Shown here: in pieces, positions 33,401-37,432 of the stretch
Numbering within the stretch: the first letter of the stretch is position 1
Layout: every line of letters begins with the position of its first letter
NCBI GenBank assembly: GCA_002269645.1
Contig: NIVC01002569.1
Coordinates: forward strand, 1 to 37,432
Source of the DNA: Macrostomum lignano
Taxonomy: Eukaryota
DNA: 37,432 nt
Direction of reading: 5' to 3'
Notes under the pieces: generated by a model
The model's database searches: none
What the model saw: the letters and a program-made list of their open reading frames with translations, nothing else
What the model was told of the DNA's origin: nothing
Translations under genes and position numbers: made by a program

Positions 33401-36400
33401 CTGTAGTGGTGGGGGTCTCTGAAAGAGAAGGGGCAGCTGTCGTACATGAAAATATTTACACGTAGCTTTTTATGCAGTCTTACATATGATTTATACAAAA
33501 TTTTTAACCAAATGATTTGGTACCTTGTTAAAAAATCAAGGTTTCAACTAGATTACTTACACTTGACATGCTTCGGCAAGCAGTGTGTCAAATTTAAATA
33601 CCCACAGAGTAAGCTGATCTCCTACGAGCTTATAATTAATTGTGGATAAGAATTTTTACAGTTAAACGAACGTAATGCTTTTTTTGCCAATCAGTTGAAT
33701 GCGACACACTATAAATCCAAGCTTTGTACAGAGACAGCATCCCCCCGCCCTCAGTCAGAGAGGACAGAAAAAATACTCATGCCCAGTACAGTATGCGATA
33801 TGCCTGTGTACGTACACCTCCGAATGTACTGGCATGGCGCTACGCTCGTATTTGCGCTTTCTGCGTCGCAGTAAAAAAGTTTGCTTTGATGCGAATAGGC
33901 AAGCAAAATAAGGTACTTTAAATTGATAACCCGCGGGTACGTACGTCTGCTGTACTGCGCGCAGTCAGTAGCGACTGCATTACATCTCTGCACTACCAGC
34001 ATTACCATACCAGCTTGGATATTTTACACTTCTATTTGTTTTATACAGAGACGAAAATATAATTTCCTTTCCATCCAAGATAAGAAAGCAAAAGCAAAGC
34101 TGATTCTAATATTTTTACTTTGATATTCATGTAGTACCTTGTAGCCGCGAGAGCAACGTGCAAGCAGACCCGGACACGCCCTGTCTTGCAAATCCGTGCT
34201 GCTTTTTAGACGATACGGATGCAAAAAATTTTTTATTAACTACAGACTGAACAGATTGAGGGAATTTTTTTGTTTTTTTGCTTTACCTGACTGTAAATAT
34301 TTTACCCCATGCACAACCCTAAAGAAACTTTTCCCAGAGACATTACTTAGTTAATCTTACGATCTTAAATGAGGTATTAAAAATACACAACATGCAACAA
34401 CACCTATCCAGTGCAGCATCTAATTAAGTAGCGGGGAGGCGTGACGCTTTGAGACAGCGATATGGCGGTGAAGCTGCATGTGACTTGATCTGTTGGCCCG
34501 ATAGGTATTCGGTGGTCTGTGAGCTATAGCTGTTTCTGTTAGCGGCAGGCTTTCGGATACGGGTTCGGAAGGTTTGAACTAATTCCGAAGACCAAAAGCA
34601 GCAAAAACCTCCAAACCAACAAAAGGTAACAGCTCGAAATGCACTATTATATATATTACATCGCCACGAGTAAAATCTGCTTGCGGGTTGCGGCCGTCAG
34701 CTAATATTATCGACAGGAAATAGAAGCCCCCAATGTTTAACATAAAACAGAGCAAGACGGTCTTTGACCACGAGACACGCTCGCTGTCACCGCAAACTGC
34801 TTCGGGAAGTACATGTACACGTACTCGTAAATTTACGATCATGGAAATAGAAGTTCTATACAGTGTACATACATGTACATGTTTAAATGATTTGTCCAGT
34901 GTTCACGTACAGCTCACTTCACAACAAATGTCTTTTAATTTAATCCAGTTGTTTTTATTCCGTTGCTAATCCTGATGCGTCCCTATTGCATTTAATGTGT
35001 CGCATTATCTCCTCTCCTGCATCTTAGAATTTTTGAGAATTTCTAAATTTATGAGACTTACCTTTTCCACTTTGGACATGCATTTTGGGGCCAACTTTCA
35101 GCCTGCACGAAGTCCCAGAAATAGTAGCCGCTGATTAATTTTTCAACAAAAGTAAAAAACTGAAAGCCAAATGGCTTCATTTTCCCAAAAAATTGATTTG
35201 TTGTTTTTTAAAGAGAAATTCAGGTTTGCGCGCAGATTTCTTAGAATCATTTGCTAAATAATTCATTCATGGCTTTATGGCTCTTGTCGGATCTACGTCC
35301 TAAGCATTTTTATCACTTTAATTTTTCTTTCATGATAAAAGAAGCCCCATTATAGGAAAACATTATTTTTGATCCTTTGAGTCCATTTAGTTACATAGGT
35401 TGAAACTCACCACTTAGTGTCAGCCTGTCAGGTAGGCCTGCTAGTGCAGTGTAGTGTATATCAGTATATGGATTAATGAATAGGGCTTAGAGATTTAGCC
35501 AGAGCAGTACAGTAGGAAGATCCTTTTGGGGATTGATTTGATCTATTTGATCAATGGATATGAGGATATGATGGATATAAACTATCTATGGTAGTTTTAG
35601 TATCTAAGCACTTAGCTAATGAGAAAAAAGACTAGGCCTAGGCAAAGTTAAGCATACATATAAATTTAATATCTATTTTACCTTTATTTAAGTTTTAACT
35701 AAGCAATTGCTAGTTATAGACCCATTCAAAAATCTATACTGAATAAACAAATTAAAAAGGGTCTAAAATTGTTTTACTTATATAAAATAATAAAATATGT
35801 TCAATAGGTCCCTATTTAAAACATTTTAGCTGTGGCAATTGCTAAATAGTAACATTGCTATTCTAGTTCCACCAGTGAACGAGCTGAGCCCGGCGCCGCC
35901 AAAGGCCAAAGGCGGCATCGGCGAGAGCAAGAGAACCCGAGGCCCATCAGGGGCTGAGGGCGAGTGAATAATTTCTACCCATGGCGGCCGAAGGCCGACA
36001 TGGGCTAGAAAGTATTTACAAGTAAATAAGTTAGACTCTAATGCATTTTGAAATTTCACGTTTTTCTGCCAAAAAATGCTCCTGTTTTGCAACCACTGCA
36101 CCAATTGAGTTGAGTGAGGTGTCGATCGATAGAAAACTTTTAGATCTATCGAATGAATGTACTTTTAAATGCAGAGATTTTTTAAATGAGCCGTAAAATA
36201 ACTGGAAAGACAATTTTTTCAAAAGTGCTTCTAGGAGATCTCAAAATTCTGGTACACCTTACGAGATACAGCTTCGCCATCTGAGAATCAAAGTTGTAAA
36301 ACTAAATTTCCTACAAAATGGTATATGGCGCTTTGATTTATTTTGGTATCTTTATGTAGTTTTGGTGGGTTTTTTGGGTAAAAAAATGACCCTCATTTTA

Positions 36401-37432
36401 TTATTTCCCCACTTTTTCCTACGAACCTTTTTAGGTTTCGGCTTCAAAGCAGTGCATTTGGATGCGCAATGCAAATATCTACAAGTGTCTAAAGTTTTGC
36501 TTTCCTACGCTTCTACAGTGCTGAGAAAATTGACAAAAATCAATTTTTCAAAAAATCACATGACTTTCGCATTATTGCTCATTATAATTTTGAGAACATG
36601 GTGCGAATAAGCCAATATCGAATTTCTATAGCATAGTTGCTGTACTATATTGGTGTAAATTGCTGCCGTCTGCTTTCACTGCTTTCGGATTGAAAAATCG
36701 ATCAGAAATCGATAATTTGTGATTTTTGGCTGATTGAGTGCCAGAAAATGGGTGATTAAAATTTTAAAAGAATGCTAGATCAAATGTGGATACTGCAACG
36801 AATTGTACTAATGTCTGGCTAAAATTGACCAAGTTTTTGAGTGTCTGCAACAAGTGCTCATGTGTCAAAAGTGATTCGAAATCGATCAGAGTAGTGATTT
36901 TTTAATATTTTGCTTGAAATCAGGCAAAAAAACGCAATAAGATGGCATTATTTTTATGACGGCTGATTTCCCAAAAAACGAGGTATATTTGTGTGCAATT
37001 TCTAGAGATTCGGTTTATTTAGTAAAAATTATCGATAAAAAACTGAAAACTTGACTTTTTACTTTCATGTTAGTTCCGGGGCTATTTAAACTGGAAATGG
37101 TAGGAATTTTGCACTGAAACCAATGCACAGTGTTCCATATAGTTAATTTAACAAATTTCTTGAATTTCATAACCATTCAATGTTTTTTCATGTAAAAATG
37201 CCTTTTTTGCATCGAAATTCATCACATTAAGCTGCATACCGCTTTGCATAATCTGCATTTGCATGTGATTGCTTGCATGGCTTTGGCATTGGGCTAATTA
37301 AGCTGTTAGAAAGGAAGGAAAGGAAAGGAAAGGAAGGAATAATCGTACATACAATGTACACACCCGTCCCTTCCAAGTGGGGTGTTGGCAACGCGGAGGG
37401 CTTGGCAGCTTGTTTGGAGGGCGTGTAATAGA

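Noticed and set aside
34579-34842. ORF with DFTRGDVIYII, faintly SH3-like; possible upstream exon of the ANK-kinase gene
   Set aside because: Other SH3 motifs are absent and I could not build a phase-consistent exon chain to 33400.
35870-36010. GC-rich island with GGCCGAAGGCC-type motifs, possibly a dispersed non-autonomous repeat
   Set aside because: It is a single copy in the window with no definable termini, and needs a genome-wide search.

Overview
This is eukaryotic (invertebrate animal) genomic DNA with GT-AG introns. The style resembles a flatworm such as Macrostomum, but that is inference only. No prokaryotic genes, rRNA, tRNA or CRISPR were found. From left to right the window holds: (1) 3' exons of a SYD-1/RhoGAP100F-like C2+RhoGAP gene on the - strand, with apparent single-base frameshifts; (2) a 4.2-kb ~40-bp satellite and a 46-bp minisatellite; (3) a decayed RNase H-containing non-LTR retrotransposon; (4) a phase-consistent orphan gene (-) and a small Gly/Trp-rich-tailed gene candidate (+); (5) an intact 7-exon long-chain acyl-CoA synthetase (+); (6) a ~3.7-kb tyrosine-recombinase retrotransposon with Ngaro-type split direct repeats (A1-gag-RT/RH-YR-B1-A2-B2); (7) a 750-bp (GATA)n tract; and (8) a - strand gene encoding ~16 ankyrin repeats followed by two tandem, apparently both active, STE-like kinase domains. 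The last is the most unusual protein architecture here. All product calls come from motif recognition by eye; no database search was run.
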